DNA of 52,970 nt from Thermoplasmata archaeon. GTDB lineage: Archaea; Thermoplasmatota; Thermoplasmata; Lutacidiplasmatales; UBA184. The translations under genes and the position numbers were made by a program. A model generated the notes under the pieces. That model had not been told where the DNA came from, made no database searches, and saw only the letters and a list, made by a program, of their open reading frames with translations. The stretch's first letter is position 1, and every line of letters begins with the position of its first letter. Below are positions 52,196 through 52,970 of the stretch, one piece after another. The DNA lies in the NCBI GenBank assembly GCA_028864975.1, contig JAGWLG010000024.1, forward strand, positions 1 through 52,970, in the 5' to 3' direction.

Positions 52196-52970
52196 GATAG
52201 CATCCGCCTGGCGTACGACCCGCCAAGGGCGGACCTGGTCGGCGACGGCCACCGTCCCGACTTTCTGACCTCGACCCCGTCATCGTCAGAGAATTGGTGG
52301 ACCCTAAGCGTCGGTCCAGGTGAGCTCGACCTACACATGGCACCCGCTTTCCGGACGTGAAGCGCGTAGCCCATGTACGCCCCTTCTATCGGTCCGGGAG
52401 CCCCCCTCACGGCGAAAAGTCGGTAAACCTCATCACGACGTACCAATCGACCGCCCTGGAATCTCGTGGCGACGTACGTCAGCTCGAAAGAAGTACGCCG
52501 GAGATGTGTGCTACACATTTCGCGCCAGAAACCTCGTCGGCTGTCCAAGTTGAGTTGAGGTGAGGTGGTGCTGCTCCGTACCCCCGTAGAACTGCACACC
52601 GAGGGCGGGGAGGGTTCGACGAGGAAGAGGCGACTGGAGGAGGGGGTCCAGGGGGCTAACCAGGCTCGGGCAACGCGGTTGGGGGATGGACGACGGAGCC
52701 CGGCAGAACTGCCGTCGCAAAACACGTGTAACAAGCAGTGCACCGGCCGCCGCACCCGGGTATAGGGAACCCTGGTCCGGACCTCGAGGTCTCAGAATCT
52801 GGAGGGGGAGAGGCGATTCTCATCTCGGACCCAGGTTCGACACGTAGGTAGGGCGATTCTCCGATAGCCGGCCGAGGGGGCCAAACCCCCCGAAAGTTTT
52901 CCTACACTCGAGAGAGGGGGGTCGGCCCTACAGGAGGCGGGACCAGCCCCCGAGGAATCGCTCCGTCTCG

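Noticed and set aside
52834-52840. GGTTCGA T-loop-like motifs (also near 11385, 48075 and 52615)
   Set aside because: No T-stem, acceptor stem or anticodon arm can be folded around them, even allowing for an intron.
1-52970. CRISPR array, rRNA, RNase P or SRP RNA, transposase
   Set aside because: No regularly spaced repeats, none of the conserved RNA signatures, and no DDE/HUH/tyrosine-recombinase motifs were seen by eye.

Overview
A 53-kb, high-GC window that looks archaeal and chromosomal; Thermoplasmata-like is my inference from TATA-box and leaderless gene starts, an archaeal-type tRNA, thermopsin-type repeats, and GvpD-like and bacterio-opsin-activator-type HTH genes. It has four kinds of content. 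(1) Housekeeping and metabolic genes: coaBC, sucCD, a Cys/Met PLP lyase, a HAD hydrolase, MarC, MFS, ABC-2 and an AAC(3)/YokD-family acetyltransferase. (2) Seven large secreted or membrane-anchored modular proteins: YVTN, Kelch and BNR propellers, a clan GH-A hydrolase, a divergent vWA protein, and PKD/Ig-like or thermopsin-type stalks. (3) About eight small toxin-antitoxin-like modules. (4) A tRNA-His(GUG) gene that the ORF track cannot show. The best-supported unusual signal is a 32-nt intron at non-canonical position 59/60 in the T-loop of that tRNA, with bulge-helix-bulge geometry. The best candidate for an undescribed system is a recurring architecture of surface domain, single TM helix and Pro-rich cytoplasmic tail with CxxC-CxxC-W double zinc ribbons. 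It includes an apparent operon of a giant BNR/PKD protein, a soluble protein carrying the same zinc ribbons, and marC. A degenerate STAND-TPR protein converging on an orphan GvpD/KaiC-like ATPase is a second candidate. I saw no CRISPR array, rRNA, integrase or transposase. All family calls are by motif recognition, without database searches.
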